A stretch of 64,000 nt of DNA from assembly GCA_034431895.1 (NCBI GenBank), contig DAOUCM010000094.1, positions 22,752 through 86,751 on the forward strand. The letters run 5' to 3'. Positions 27,358-38,587 of the stretch are shown piece by piece; position 1 is the first letter of the stretch; every line of letters starts with the position of its first letter. The notes beneath the pieces are model-generated. The model ran no database searches and was not told where the DNA came from. It worked only from the letters and a program-made list of their open reading frames with translations. Source of the DNA: Anaerolineales bacterium (GTDB taxonomy: Bacteria > Chloroflexota > Anaerolineae > Anaerolineales > Villigracilaceae). Position numbers and translations under genes: made by a program.

Positions 27358-30129
27358 TCAATCCGCTTCGATTCGCACGGCGGTCACCTTGTACTCTGGA
27401 ATGTAAGCCACCGGGTCGAGAGCCGCCTGGGTCAGTTCGTTGGCCGAAGCATCGGGGAAATGGAAATTGGCAAAAATCATGCCAGGCGGAACGCGCTCGC
27501 TGATCCAGGCTTCGGCCTCAATGCTGCCGCGCCGGGAGGTCACGCGCACACGGTCGCCTTTCTTCAGGTTGAGTTCAGCGGCATCTTCGGGGTTGACCTC
27601 GATGAGGGCGTTGCCGTACACGTTCATCAGGCCGCGGGCGCGGCGCGTCATCTGACCGCCGTGCCAGTGATACAGGACGCGCCCGGTGGTCATCACAATC
27701 GGGTATTCGTCGTCGGGTTTTTCGGCAGGCGGGATATGGTCAATCGGAGCGAATTTGCCCAGTCCGCGCGAGAATTGCCTGGTGTGCAGGATGGGCGTGC
27801 CAGGATGATCGGGGGTGGGGCAGGGCCATTGCAGACGCTGGCCCTTTTCCAGGCGGGAGTGGGTAATGCCGCCGTAAATGGGCGTCAGGGCGTTGATTTC
27901 GGCCATGATGGCGTCGGTGTCGGCGTAGTCCCAGCCGGCGTACGGCGCATTGGACGGGAGCAGGTCGGGGGTCCCGGCCAGGAGGCGCCTGGCCAGGTCG
28001 GCGATGATCTGCCAGTCGGGGCGCGCCTGTCCCAGCGGGTCAATAGCCCGGTGAACCATCTGGACGCGCCGTTCGGTGTTGGTGAAGGTGCCGGTCTTCT
28101 CGGCAAAGGAAACGCCCGGCAGGAGGATGTCGGCATACTGGGAGGTCTCAGAGGGGAAGATTTCCTGCAGGAGCAGGAAGTCCACTTTCTCGAGGCATTT
28201 GCGGATGTGATTTGTGTCCGGGTCGGACATGACCGGGTCTTCGCCGAGGATGTAGAGGGCGTGGATTTTGTCTTGCAGGATGCCCGGAATCATCTGCGTC
28301 ACGGTCATCCCGACTTTTGTGTTGGCGGTGCGTCCCCAGGCGTTGGCGAACTTCTGGCGCGCTTCCTCGCTGGTGACGGCCTGGTAGCCGGGATAGACGT
28401 TGGGCAGGCCGCCCATGTCGCAGGCGCCCTGGACGTTGTTCTGGCCGCGCAGCGGGTTGACGCCGCCGCCGGGGATGCCCATGTTGCCCGTCAGCATTTG
28501 CAGGTTGGCCAGGCTCATCACGTTGCGCACGCCGGTAATGTGTTGGGTAATGCCCATCGCCCAGATGACGGCCATCGGTTTGAGGGTGCCCATCATTTCG
28601 GCGGCCTGATGGAGTTTCTCGACGGGTACGCCGGTGATTTCGGCGACTTTTTCGGGCGGGTATTGCTGGATGGTTTGTTTGAACTCCTCGAAGCCCTCAG
28701 TGCGCTCGGCGATGAATTTCTCGTCTGCCCAGCCTTTTTCGAGGAGGATGTACATCAGGCCGTTCAGCAGGGCAATGTCGGTGCCGGGCCTGTGGCGCAG
28801 GTGCAAAGTGGCGAAGTCGCACAGGTCAATGCGGCGCGGATCGGCGATGATGAGTTTCGCCCCGCGGAAGCGCACCGCCCGCCGAATCATCGTCCCGAAG
28901 ACGGGATGCTGTTCGGTGGTGTTCGAGCCGATGACGAAGAAAAGTTGCGCAAATTGAGCGACATCGTCCATTGAGTTGGACATGGCGCCCGAACCGAAGG
29001 AGGCGGCCAGACCGGCCACTGTGCTGGAGTGGCAGAGACGGGCGCAGTGGTCCACGTTGTTCGTGCCAATGACCTGCCGCGCCAGTTTGTTCATCAGGTA
29101 ATTTTCTTCGTTCAGACATTTGGCCGAAGTCAGGACGCCGATGCTGTCGGGGCCGGTTTCTTCCCGGACCTCGCGCAGGCGGCGCGCGGCCAAGTCGAGG
29201 GCCGTGTCCCAGTCAGTTTCGACCCATTCCCAGTTGCGCCCCTGGGGGGATTTTTTCTTCCCTTCCAGCAGGTAGCGGCGGACGCGCGGTTTCGTGAGCC
29301 GGTCGGGATGGTGGATGAAGTCGAATCCGTAGCGGCCTTTGACGCACAGCGCCATGCCGTTGACGGGGGCATCGGGCTTGGAGGAGACGCCGATGACGCG
29401 GTTTCCTTTGACGAGCAGGTAGAATTGACACCCCACGCCGCAGTAGGTGCAAGTGGTGGCAACTTTTTCGACCTGATGGACGCGCGCCAGGCCGTAGTTC
29501 ATCTTGTTGGAGAGGGCGCCGGTGGGGCAGTAGGCTGCGCACTGGCCGCAGGATTCGCAGCGCGCCTCCAGCATGGTGGTTCCGGCTCCGGCAACGATGA
29601 CCTCCTCGAAGCCGCGTTTGGCCACGCCCCAAACGTCGCGCACCTGGATTTCGGCGCAGGCCTGTACGCAGCGGCGGCACAGGATACAGCGATTCATGTC
29701 GACTCGGATGAAGGGGTTTGGATCCGAATCAATGGGGTAGCGCGTTCCTTTTGTTCCCCAGGTTGGCGGGCGCACCTGGTACTCGTAGGCCAGGTCTTGC
29801 AGTTCGCATTCGCCGCTGACATCGCAGGTGAGGCAATCTTGCGGGTGGTTGGCCAGCATCAATTCCAGGGAGAGTTTGCGGGAGGCGATGACCCGTTCGC
29901 TTTGGGTGTTGATTTCCATCCCTTCAGCGACTTTGGTGACGCAGGCGGCTTGCAAGAAGTGAACATCCTTGACATCTACGACGCACATCCGGCAATTGCC
30001 GGTGGGCGAGAGGTCTTTGTGGTAACACAAGGTTGGAATGGGAATGCGGTTTTCCCGTGCCGCTTCGAGGATGGTTTGCCCCTCGCGTGCCTCGATTTTC
30101 TGTCCGTTGATAGTGATGTGGATGGTCAT
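27358..30129 (-). CDS. fdhA: Formate dehydrogenase alpha subunit, Mo/W-bis-PGD, Cys-type, with N-terminal 2Fe-2S and 4Fe-4S domains
   Basis: 923 aa. The 2Fe-2S start is MTIHITINGQKIEAREGQTILEAA...CRMCVVDV. Ferredoxin Cys clusters are present. The active-site region HCARLCHSSTVAGL has Cys where FdhF has Sec. No in-frame stop. Confidence 0.9.
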   Translation of the reverse strand: MTIHITINGQKIEAREGQTILEAARENRIPIPTLCYHKDLSPTGNCRMCVVDVKDVHFLQAACVTKVAEGMEINTQSERVIASRKLSLELMLANHPQDCLTCDVSGECELQDLAYEYQVRPPTWGTKGTRYPIDSDPNPFIRVDMNRCILCRRCVQACAEIQVRDVWGVAKRGFEEVIVAGAGTTMLEARCESCGQCAAYCPTGALSNKMNYGLARVHQVEKVATTCTYCGVGCQFYLLVKGNRVIGVSSKPDAPVNGMALCVKGRYGFDFIHHPDRLTKPRVRRYLLEGKKKSPQGRNWEWVETDWDTALDLAARRLREVREETGPDSIGVLTSAKCLNEENYLMNKLARQVIGTNNVDHCARLCHSSTVAGLAASFGSGAMSNSMDDVAQFAQLFFVIGSNTTEQHPVFGTMIRRAVRFRGAKLIIADPRRIDLCDFATLHLRHRPGTDIALLNGLMYILLEKGWADEKFIAERTEGFEEFKQTIQQYPPEKVAEITGVPVEKLHQAAEMMGTLKPMAVIWAMGITQHITGVRNVMSLANLQMLTGNMGIPGGGVNPLRGQNNVQGACDMGGLPNVYPGYQAVTSEEARQKFANAWGRTANTKVGMTVTQMIPGILQDKIHALYILGEDPVMSDPDTNHIRKCLEKVDFLLLQEIFPSETSQYADILLPGVSFAEKTGTFTNTERRVQMVHRAIDPLGQARPDWQIIADLARRLLAGTPDLLPSNAPYAGWDYADTDAIMAEINALTPIYGGITHSRLEKGQRLQWPCPTPDHPGTPILHTRQFSRGLGKFAPIDHIPPAEKPDDEYPIVMTTGRVLYHWHGGQMTRRARGLMNVYGNALIEVNPEDAAELNLKKGDRVRVTSRRGSIEAEAWISERVPPGMIFANFHFPDASANELTQAALDPVAYIPEYKVTAVRIEAD

Positions 30130-30138
30130 GGTTACTCT

Positions 30139-31869
<1,731 letters not shown>

Positions 31870-31895
31870 GAGCGCTCTTGGATTTTATCTGGGAA

Positions 31896-31923
31896 ATGCT
31901 AATCGAGTACAGGCGACTGTCAA
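31896..31923 (-). promoter_or_regulatory. Candidate sigma-70 promoter (TTGACA-N16-TAGCAT) for the nuoEF-fdhA unit
   Basis: Minus strand reads TTGACAGTCGCCTGTACTCGATTAGCAT, ending 27 nt before the ATG at 31869. Confidence 0.35.
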
Positions 31924-32033
31924 ATGCTATATTTATAGAGCCTGGCATTTAGCCGCCGTAGTTTTAGGGGTATTTTGATTTTAGCACATTTTGCTCGAGA
32001 AAGACGGCGAGTCATTACAGTTGTTTGCAAGTC

Positions 32034-32513
32034 TCACCTGATTTGCGCCAGCAGTTCGAGCGCGGCGCGCACAGCCTGTGGGACGGCGGCGGCGATAGGC
32101 GGGGTCAGACCCTCTTGCAGGTCGTAGACCTGTTGGGCTTCGACGGCGACAATGTACACGTCTTTGTCGGGGGGCAGGTCTGCGCCCAATTTGCGCCCAG
32201 TTGCCAGAGCGGTTTTGAGCGAGACATCGTGCGCGGCTGTAGTATGACCGCCGGACAGGTCAGCCAACTCGTCCAGGGTGAAGGTCGTTACCTTGCCGAT
32301 GGGATGCTTGCCGGTGGTGAGCGAATCGATGATCACGACGCGCTGGTAGCCGATCATGCGTTCCATCAGACTGAGACCGCCGAGGGACAGGTAGTCGAAT
32401 TCTATGTCGTTGCGTTGGCCGGTAAAATGCTCTTCCACCTGGCGCGCTACAACCCAGCCCACGCCGTCGTCGCCGAGAATGGGGTTGCCGAGGCCGATGA
32501 CGAGAGTCTTCAT
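32034..32513 (-). CDS. [NiFe]-hydrogenase maturation endopeptidase (HycI/FrhD/HoxW family)
   Basis: MKTLVIGLGNPILGDDGVGW start and a conserved DA..H-like C-terminal region. Confidence 0.85.
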   Translation of the reverse strand: MKTLVIGLGNPILGDDGVGWVVARQVEEHFTGQRNDIEFDYLSLGGLSLMERMIGYQRVVIIDSLTTGKHPIGKVTTFTLDELADLSGGHTTAAHDVSLKTALATGRKLGADLPPDKDVYIVAVEAQQVYDLQEGLTPPIAAAVPQAVRAALELLAQIR

Positions 32514-32521
32514 AAAGGTCA

Positions 32522-32580
32522 GGTAGTCGAATAGTCGTCAGGGTCATCTTGGTGATTGACGATGAGACTATTCGACTACC
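32522..32580. repeat. Perfect 15-bp inverted repeat (29-nt spacer) between mvhA and the protease gene
   Basis: GGTAGTCGAATAGTC (32522-32536) and GACTATTCGACTACC (32566-32580) are exact reverse complements. Confidence 0.9.
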
Positions 32581-32602
32581 CCACTATCCGACTTTCAGGC
32601 TA

Positions 32603-34075
32603 TCAGACGATAAACTGCTTGAGCACGTCCACGATTTCGCCGTTCGCCTTGCGGATGGTGACTTCGAGCGGCATCTGGCCGGGCAGGGAGTGGGTGGCGC
32701 AGCCGAAGCAGGGATCGTAGGCGCGGAAGGCCATTTCGACCATGTTGAGCAGGCCCTCGTTCACCACCGTGCCTTTCTTGATGAGGCTGCTGGCAGCCTT
32801 GTGGATGGACATGCTGATCGGCGCGTAGTTGTTGGTGGTGCCGACGATGAGATTGGCCTTGGTCACCACGCCGCGCTCGTCGGTCCAGTAGTGATGTGTC
32901 AGGGTGCCGCGCGGCGCCTCCACGATGCCCACGCCTTCGGTCGGTTTCTTGGTCGGGATGGTGCGGAAGTTCGGCGAGGTGATTTCGGGATCGGTCGCCA
33001 GTTCCACCCACCTTTCGGCTGCATAAAGGAGTTCGATGAGGCGCGCCCAGTGGGTCGCCAGGCGTTGATGCACCGGTTTGCCGCCCAAGGTCTTGTAGAA
33101 CTTCTCATATTCTTCCTGAGCGCGCGGGGTAGCCATGCCGTCGGCGGCGTTCAGGCGCGAGAGCGGCGTGGCGCAATAGACGCCCGAATCGGGGCCGTCC
33201 ACGAAGCCTTTCCAGCCGACCTTCTTCATGTAGGGGAACTTGAGATAGGTCCAGGGTTCGACGTGCTCGGCGACGTTATCCATATATTCATTGGGCGCGT
33301 ACTTGACCAGTTCCTTGCCGTCCGGGCCGACGACGCGCACTTTGCCGTCGTAGAAGTTGGTATGGTTGTTTTCGTCCACCATGCCCATGTAGTAGGTCTG
33401 GTGAGTGTAGATGTCACCCAGGATCAGGTCGAGGTAGGTCTTATTGCCCAGGACGATGTCGTTGAAGAGTTTCAGGCTGAACTGAGCAAATTCAATCGCC
33501 CAGCGCCCCATCTCCTCGATTTCCTTGCGCTGTTCTTCGGTGATTCCCTTGGTCAGGCCGCCGGGGATGGAGGTGCAGGGATGGACTTTGCGCCCGCCGA
33601 TCATCTCGACGACGGTGTGGCCATACTTGCGCATCTGAATGACCTTGCCGCCGATTTCCAGCCCGACTTTGTGGATGACGCCCAGGATGTTGCGCTCAGC
33701 GACCGGCGCGTCGGGTCCCATGACGAAATCGGGACCGGCCAGGGCATAGAAGTGGGTGGTATGGTCGGTGCAGTAGAACGCCATGTAGAGCAATTCGCGC
33801 AGTTTCTTCGCCGTGGAGGGAATATCCACGTGATAGACGGCGTCCACGGCTTTAGCAGCGGCCATGTGGTGCGCTTCGGGGCAGACGCCGCAGATGCGGT
33901 TGGTGAGCAGGGGCATTTCCTCTACCGGGCGGCCAACGACGAAGCGCTCGAAGCCGCGCAGTTCGGGAATCTGGAAGTAGGTGTTGGCGACCTCGCCCTC
34001 GTCGTTGAGGAAGATTTCAACTTTGCCGTGGCCTTCCAGACGGGTGATAGGGTCAATGGTAATTCGCTGTGTCAT
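32603..34075 (-). CDS. mvhA: [NiFe]-hydrogenase large subunit, MvhA-like (group 3c type by context)
   Basis: N-terminal RLEGHG and RICGVCP, C-terminal DPCFGCATHS Ni-binding motifs. Neighbours are mvhG, mvhD and hdrABC. Confidence 0.9.
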   Translation of the reverse strand: MTQRITIDPITRLEGHGKVEIFLNDEGEVANTYFQIPELRGFERFVVGRPVEEMPLLTNRICGVCPEAHHMAAAKAVDAVYHVDIPSTAKKLRELLYMAFYCTDHTTHFYALAGPDFVMGPDAPVAERNILGVIHKVGLEIGGKVIQMRKYGHTVVEMIGGRKVHPCTSIPGGLTKGITEEQRKEIEEMGRWAIEFAQFSLKLFNDIVLGNKTYLDLILGDIYTHQTYYMGMVDENNHTNFYDGKVRVVGPDGKELVKYAPNEYMDNVAEHVEPWTYLKFPYMKKVGWKGFVDGPDSGVYCATPLSRLNAADGMATPRAQEEYEKFYKTLGGKPVHQRLATHWARLIELLYAAERWVELATDPEITSPNFRTIPTKKPTEGVGIVEAPRGTLTHHYWTDERGVVTKANLIVGTTNNYAPISMSIHKAASSLIKKGTVVNEGLLNMVEMAFRAYDPCFGCATHSLPGQMPLEVTIRKANGEIVDVLKQFIV

Positions 34076-34090
34076 CTCTCTACCTCCAAA

Positions 34091-35077
34091 TTAGTCGCCC
34101 GACTTCCAGGCTGGCTTGGCAGCGTGTAGGAGCGAGCCCGCCAGGTTGAAGCGGTAGAACTGCCCGGCCGGGTCAACCAGGCCGTCTAGGATTTGGTCTA
34201 TTTCGACGGGATCGGTGCTGTCAATGACCGAGGCGAAGGCTGATAGGAGCCGTGCCCCGTAATCGATCACGCCCTCGGCCGGACCATAGCAGCCGATACA
34301 TTGCGCTCCGGCGGTGGGGCAACGGGCATTACAGCCGCTGCGGGTGGCCGGACCGTTGCAGGGGATACCCTGTTCGAGCAGGCATAGTTCCGGGTCGGCC
34401 TGCGTCAACTGGATGCGGCCAAATTCCTTGATGGTCTTGACGTTGCGTTTGCGCTGGCACTCGTCACAGACAGTCGAGTTGCCGGCGCCAATGGTCGCGC
34501 CTTTGGGCGGCAGTTGCGCCTTGCCCTGCAGCACCTGGATCACCAGGTCAATCACCGCCGCAATCTGGTGCGATTCGGGCGGGCAGCCGGGCATGTAATA
34601 GTCCACATCCACCACCTGGTCGAGGGTCTTGAGCACCGGGTAGAGGGTCGGGATGTGAATCGTGCCTTCAGGCATCTCGTAAGCGGTCTGCGGGCGGATA
34701 TTGTTCGGGTTGTCGGTGGAGATGGTCGAGAAGGCGGTGTCCACCACTTGCTGGATGGGCGAGAAGTTTGCCAGGCCGGGGATGCAGCCCTCGCAGGCGC
34801 ACGAGCCAAAGGCCACCAAGATCTTGGATTTTTTGCGTAACAGGTGGGCGATGTGCTCGTTCTCGTCGTTGCGGATGCCGCCGTTGAAGAGGGTCAGCAG
34901 GATGGAGCCGTCTTCCATGGCCTCTACATCCTTGTACTTGGCATCCATGGCTACCGGCCAGAAGACGACATCGAAATTGGCGTCCACATCCAGGATTTTC
35001 TCGTGGATGTTGAGGACGGCAATTTCGCAGCCACCGCACGAAGCCGCCCAGTACATTGCGAATTTCGGTTTGCTCAT
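34091..35077 (-). CDS. mvhG: [NiFe]-hydrogenase small subunit, MvhG-like
   Basis: WAASCGGCEIA proximal-cluster motif plus C-terminal Cys clusters. ATGA overlap with mvhD. Confidence 0.85.
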   Translation of the reverse strand: MSKPKFAMYWAASCGGCEIAVLNIHEKILDVDANFDVVFWPVAMDAKYKDVEAMEDGSILLTLFNGGIRNDENEHIAHLLRKKSKILVAFGSCACEGCIPGLANFSPIQQVVDTAFSTISTDNPNNIRPQTAYEMPEGTIHIPTLYPVLKTLDQVVDVDYYMPGCPPESHQIAAVIDLVIQVLQGKAQLPPKGATIGAGNSTVCDECQRKRNVKTIKEFGRIQLTQADPELCLLEQGIPCNGPATRSGCNARCPTAGAQCIGCYGPAEGVIDYGARLLSAFASVIDSTDPVEIDQILDGLVDPAGQFYRFNLAGSLLHAAKPAWKSGD

Positions 35078-35550
35078 GCTGGCACCTCCGCGTGGATAGG
35101 CGCTTCTACACCCGTGCCGTTGCTTTTGTTCCAGTTCAACGGTCCGAGCGCTCGCACCTGTTCCACAAATCTATTGATTTCATCAGCAAAAATGGCGCCC
35201 TCGGCGGCGCTAGCCCACAGCAGTTTGATGCGTTCGGGTTCGATTCCCATTTGACTCAGGACGCGCTTCATCAAATGGAGACGACGCAGCATTTTGTAGT
35301 TCTGGTTGAGGTAGTGGCAGTCACCGGGATGGCAGCCAGAGATGAGGACTCCGTCTGCACCATTGGCAAAGGCCTTGAAGACGAAGGTGGGGTCGAGGCG
35401 GCCAGAGCACATCAGGCGAATCAGGCGAACATTGGGGGCATATTTCATGCGCGCCGTGCCGGCCATATCGGCGGCGCGGTAGGAGCACCAGTTGCAGGTG
35501 AATCCGATGATGGTGGGTTCGAACGGTTTTGTTTCTTCGCTCATATTCAT
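35074..35550 (-). CDS. mvhD: Methyl-viologen-reducing hydrogenase delta subunit (MvhD)
   Basis: IIGFTCNWCSY...MCSGR...GCHPGDCHY MvhD signature. Start at ATG 35550, 8 nt after the hdrA stop. The longer ORF to 35763 overlaps hdrA. Confidence 0.85.
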   Translation of the reverse strand: MNMSEETKPFEPTIIGFTCNWCSYRAADMAGTARMKYAPNVRLIRLMCSGRLDPTFVFKAFANGADGVLISGCHPGDCHYLNQNYKMLRRLHLMKRVLSQMGIEPERIKLLWASAAEGAIFADEINRFVEQVRALGPLNWNKSNGTGVEAPIHAEVPA

Positions 35551-35558
35551 TTTCAGCC

Positions 35559-37586
35559 CTACACAGCGGCTGCCTCCTTCGACGAGAGATTGAGCATTAA
35601 CAGGCCCTCGATTTGTGAGAGAATCTGTTCGTTTGAGAAGACGGTGCCGCTGATGGCGCCTGCCGGGCAGGCGGCTACGCAGGTACCGCAGCCCTGGCAC
35701 AGCGCCGGGTTGACCTCGCTGACCATACGATCCTCGTGGAAGAGGATGGCGTTGAATGGACACAGGTTATTGCAAATGCGGCAACCGGAGCATTGCTCTT
35801 GGTTGATCGTAGCGCGTACCGGCTCGAGAGCAATTTCTTTTTGTTGAATCTTGCCCACGATGCGGGCCGCAGCCGCCGCTCCCTGAGCAACGCTGGCGGG
35901 AATGTCTTTTGGTCCTTGGCAAGCGCCGGCGATATAAATGCCCTCTGTCATCGTGGAAACAGGGTCCAACTTCGGATGTTTCTCGATGAACCATTGGTCG
36001 GCGCTGCATGAGATTCCAAATTTGGCAGCAACCTCTTTGGCGTCTGCTCTCGCTTGCAAACCTGCAGAGAGAATCACCATATCTACCGGGATGCGTCGCT
36101 GTTTGCCTGCCAGCGTGTCCTCCACTTGGATAATCAATTTTCCCTCTTCACCTGGCAGCCGCGCTGCGTCGGTCACTTCGGCTACTTTTCCGCGCACAAA
36201 GAGTGTGCCTTCTTCGAGGACTTTTTGGTAGAACTCATCGTATGCTTTGAAGGGCGTGCGCATATCAATATAAAAGTTGTAAACCGTCGCCCCTGTTCGC
36301 TCGTGGACAAGGTGCGCAAATTTGAGACTCTGCATACAGCAGATCACCGAGCAGTAATTGTTGAAGTTGCGGTCACGTGAGCCAACGCAATGGATGATGC
36401 CGACGCTCTGAGGTTGGGTCACGCCATCCCGTAATACAATTTTGCCGCTGGTTGGGCCAGAAGCGTTCGTCAGTCGCTCCATTTCGAGACTGGTGAAAAC
36501 GTTTGCCAGCCGTCCATACCCATAGTTGCTGACCTTGCGGGCATCGAACAGGTCATATCCTGTGGCCAGGATGATGTTGCCAACTTCTATGGTCAAGATT
36601 TCATCTTGTTGGTCGAACTTGATCGCGCCTGTTGGGCAGAATTTTTCACAAGCCTTGCAGGTGCCTTTCTCGAAGAAGATACAGTTGTTTTTGTCAATGA
36701 CCGGATAGTTGGGGACGGCTTGCGGGAAGGGCGTATAAACGGCTTTGCGATAGCCTAGTCCAGCCTCGAATACCTCATCAATCACCTTCTTTGGGCATTT
36801 CTCCTGGCAAACGCCGCAGCCGGTGCAGAGCGACTCGTCCACGAAGCGGGCTCGCTTCCGAATCGTTACCAAAAAGTTGCCCACATAGCCATCTACCTTT
36901 TCGACCTCGCTCCACGTCAGCAAGGTAATATTTTTATGATTGCCTGCGCTGACCATCTTGGGCGTCAGGATGCAGGCTGCGCAATCCAGGGTCGGGAAGG
37001 TCTTGTCGAACTGGGCCATGTGGCCGCCAATGGAAGGTTCGCGCTCAACCAGATAGACCGGGTAACCGGCATCAGCGATTTCGAGCGCAGCCTGAATGCC
37101 GGCGATACCGCCGCCAACCACCAGCGTAGCAGGATGAATGGGAACACGCAGTGGTTCGAGCGGCTCGCTATGGACCACGCGCCGTACCCCGCCGGCCACA
37201 ATCGCTTTTGCTTTCTCTGTGGCCGCGTCTTTGTCGGTGTGCACCCACGAGACTTGTTCGCGGATGGAGACCAGTTCGCTCAGGTAAGGGTTCAAGCCGG
37301 CGCCCGCACAAGCGTTACGGAAGGTATTTTCGTGCAGATGTGGCGAGCAGGCGGCAACTACCACGCGTGTCAGCCCCTTTTCTTGAATATCTTTTGCGAT
37401 CATTTCCTGACCGGGGCTGGAACACATGAATTTGTAATCGCGGGAGACAACGACGCCAGGCAATTCTGCTGCCCAGCGTGCCACCTCAGACACGTCAACT
37501 ACGCTGGCGATGTTCGAACCGCAGTGGCAAACGTAGACCCCGATTCTTTCTTGGGCCTCGGGTTGGTTTCCGTTTTTCTTTTTCAT
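35559..37586 (-). CDS. hdrA: Heterodisulfide reductase subunit A-like flavoprotein (FAD, multiple 4Fe-4S)
   Basis: 675 aa with VYVCHCGSNI, GGGIAGIQAALEIA (FAD) and several CxxCxxCxxxCP ferredoxin motifs. Confidence 0.9.
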   Translation of the reverse strand: MKKKNGNQPEAQERIGVYVCHCGSNIASVVDVSEVARWAAELPGVVVSRDYKFMCSSPGQEMIAKDIQEKGLTRVVVAACSPHLHENTFRNACAGAGLNPYLSELVSIREQVSWVHTDKDAATEKAKAIVAGGVRRVVHSEPLEPLRVPIHPATLVVGGGIAGIQAALEIADAGYPVYLVEREPSIGGHMAQFDKTFPTLDCAACILTPKMVSAGNHKNITLLTWSEVEKVDGYVGNFLVTIRKRARFVDESLCTGCGVCQEKCPKKVIDEVFEAGLGYRKAVYTPFPQAVPNYPVIDKNNCIFFEKGTCKACEKFCPTGAIKFDQQDEILTIEVGNIILATGYDLFDARKVSNYGYGRLANVFTSLEMERLTNASGPTSGKIVLRDGVTQPQSVGIIHCVGSRDRNFNNYCSVICCMQSLKFAHLVHERTGATVYNFYIDMRTPFKAYDEFYQKVLEEGTLFVRGKVAEVTDAARLPGEEGKLIIQVEDTLAGKQRRIPVDMVILSAGLQARADAKEVAAKFGISCSADQWFIEKHPKLDPVSTMTEGIYIAGACQGPKDIPASVAQGAAAAARIVGKIQQKEIALEPVRATINQEQCSGCRICNNLCPFNAILFHEDRMVSEVNPALCQGCGTCVAACPAGAISGTVFSNEQILSQIEGLLMLNLSSKEAAAV

Positions 37587-38587
37587 TTCTCGGCCTCGCT
37601 TTTCTCCGCTAACTCCGGCTTGCGGGGCAGTGGCTTGGGCATGGGCAGCCTGCTCGACTTTGTGGGGCGCGCCGGCGCGGTCTCGGTTTCAGAAATTTCC
37701 ACTCCAATCTTTGCCAGCGCTCTCTTTGTGCTGACCAATTCTGAGCCAAATCCTGCTGTATCTGGTTCCAACCCAAATGCCAGCCCCATCAATTGGGTGA
37801 AGAATACAATCGGCATCTGATAGTTTGTACCAAAGTAACGATTTGTCTCTGTTTGATAGGCATCCAGGTTCATCTGGCACATGGGGCAAACGGTTGCCAT
37901 GATGTCGGCCTGGTATTGATCGGCGGATGAGATGAGACGGCGAATCAGTTCGAAGGCGGTTTCAGGTCCAATTTGGGTCATGTGACCGCCGCAGCAATGC
38001 GTCTTGAGCGGGAAGTCAATCACCTCCGCGCCCAAGGCTTTCAACAGCAGGTCCAATTCGATAGGATGTTCGTGATCCGACCATCGTTTTTCATAATCGG
38101 GACGCGGTACCATGCAGCCCAGGTAAGGCGCAACGCGCAATCCTGTCAGCGGGCGGACAACTTTCGATTTGACGGTCTCCAGCCCAATGTCATAGATGAT
38201 GACATCCAACAAATGGCGGATAGCCAGTGTTCCCGGTTCGTAACTTAATCCTCCGGCGCTCAGCGCTTCGTTGACCATTTTGCCAAGTTTGGGTTGTTCG
38301 CGCATGTAGTAATCTGCTTTGGCAAGATTCAGATAGCAAGCGCTGCACGGTGCGACAACCACTTTGTTGCCGTTGGCCTGCTTTGCGGCCAGGGCCAGGT
38401 TGCGGCTGATGAGCGCGTAGGCAGGGGTCAGGCTGATGCCCAGATATTCGGTGGCGCCGCAGCAGTTCCAATCTTCGATTTCTTCTAATTCCAAGCCAAT
38501 GGGTTTCGCAATCGCCGCCAGCGATTCGGAGTAAGCCTTGGCGCTGGATTCCATAGAGCAACCTGGATACAAGAGATATTTAGCCAT
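37583..38587 (-). CDS. hdrB: Heterodisulfide reductase subunit B-like (two CCG domains) with ~40-aa Lys/Pro/Glu-rich C-terminal tail
   Basis: CCG motifs (NCCGATE, HCCGGH). ATGA overlap with hdrA and an 8-nt overlap with hdrC. Confidence 0.9.
   Translation of the reverse strand: MAKYLLYPGCSMESSAKAYSESLAAIAKPIGLELEEIEDWNCCGATEYLGISLTPAYALISRNLALAAKQANGNKVVVAPCSACYLNLAKADYYMREQPKLGKMVNEALSAGGLSYEPGTLAIRHLLDVIIYDIGLETVKSKVVRPLTGLRVAPYLGCMVPRPDYEKRWSDHEHPIELDLLLKALGAEVIDFPLKTHCCGGHMTQIGPETAFELIRRLISSADQYQADIMATVCPMCQMNLDAYQTETNRYFGTNYQMPIVFFTQLMGLAFGLEPDTAGFGSELVSTKRALAKIGVEISETETAPARPTKSSRLPMPKPLPRKPELAEKSEAEK

Noticed and set aside
27460-28974. Long antisense ORFs inside GC-rich genes. Examples are 27460..28974, 29029..30207, 32549..34129, 20059..21183, 22048..23100, 61228..62397, 24263..25078, 51063..52046 and 46303..47130.
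   Set aside because: Their compositions are Arg/Gly/Ala/Asp/His-rich, as is typical of non-coding frames opposite real high-GC genes. Each lies wholly within a confidently assigned gene on the other strand.
27358-30129. Selenocysteine (in-frame TGA plus SECIS) in formate dehydrogenase or HdrA/MvhD.
   Set aside because: All of these ORFs are uninterrupted. The FdhA active-site position reads Cys (HCARLCHSS).
31946-31962. A sigma-54-like TGGCAT element upstream of nuoEF-fdhA.
   Set aside because: It lies on the wrong strand for the minus-strand operon, and the downstream TTGC(A/T) element at the proper 5-nt spacing is missing (TGGCATTTAGCCGCC).
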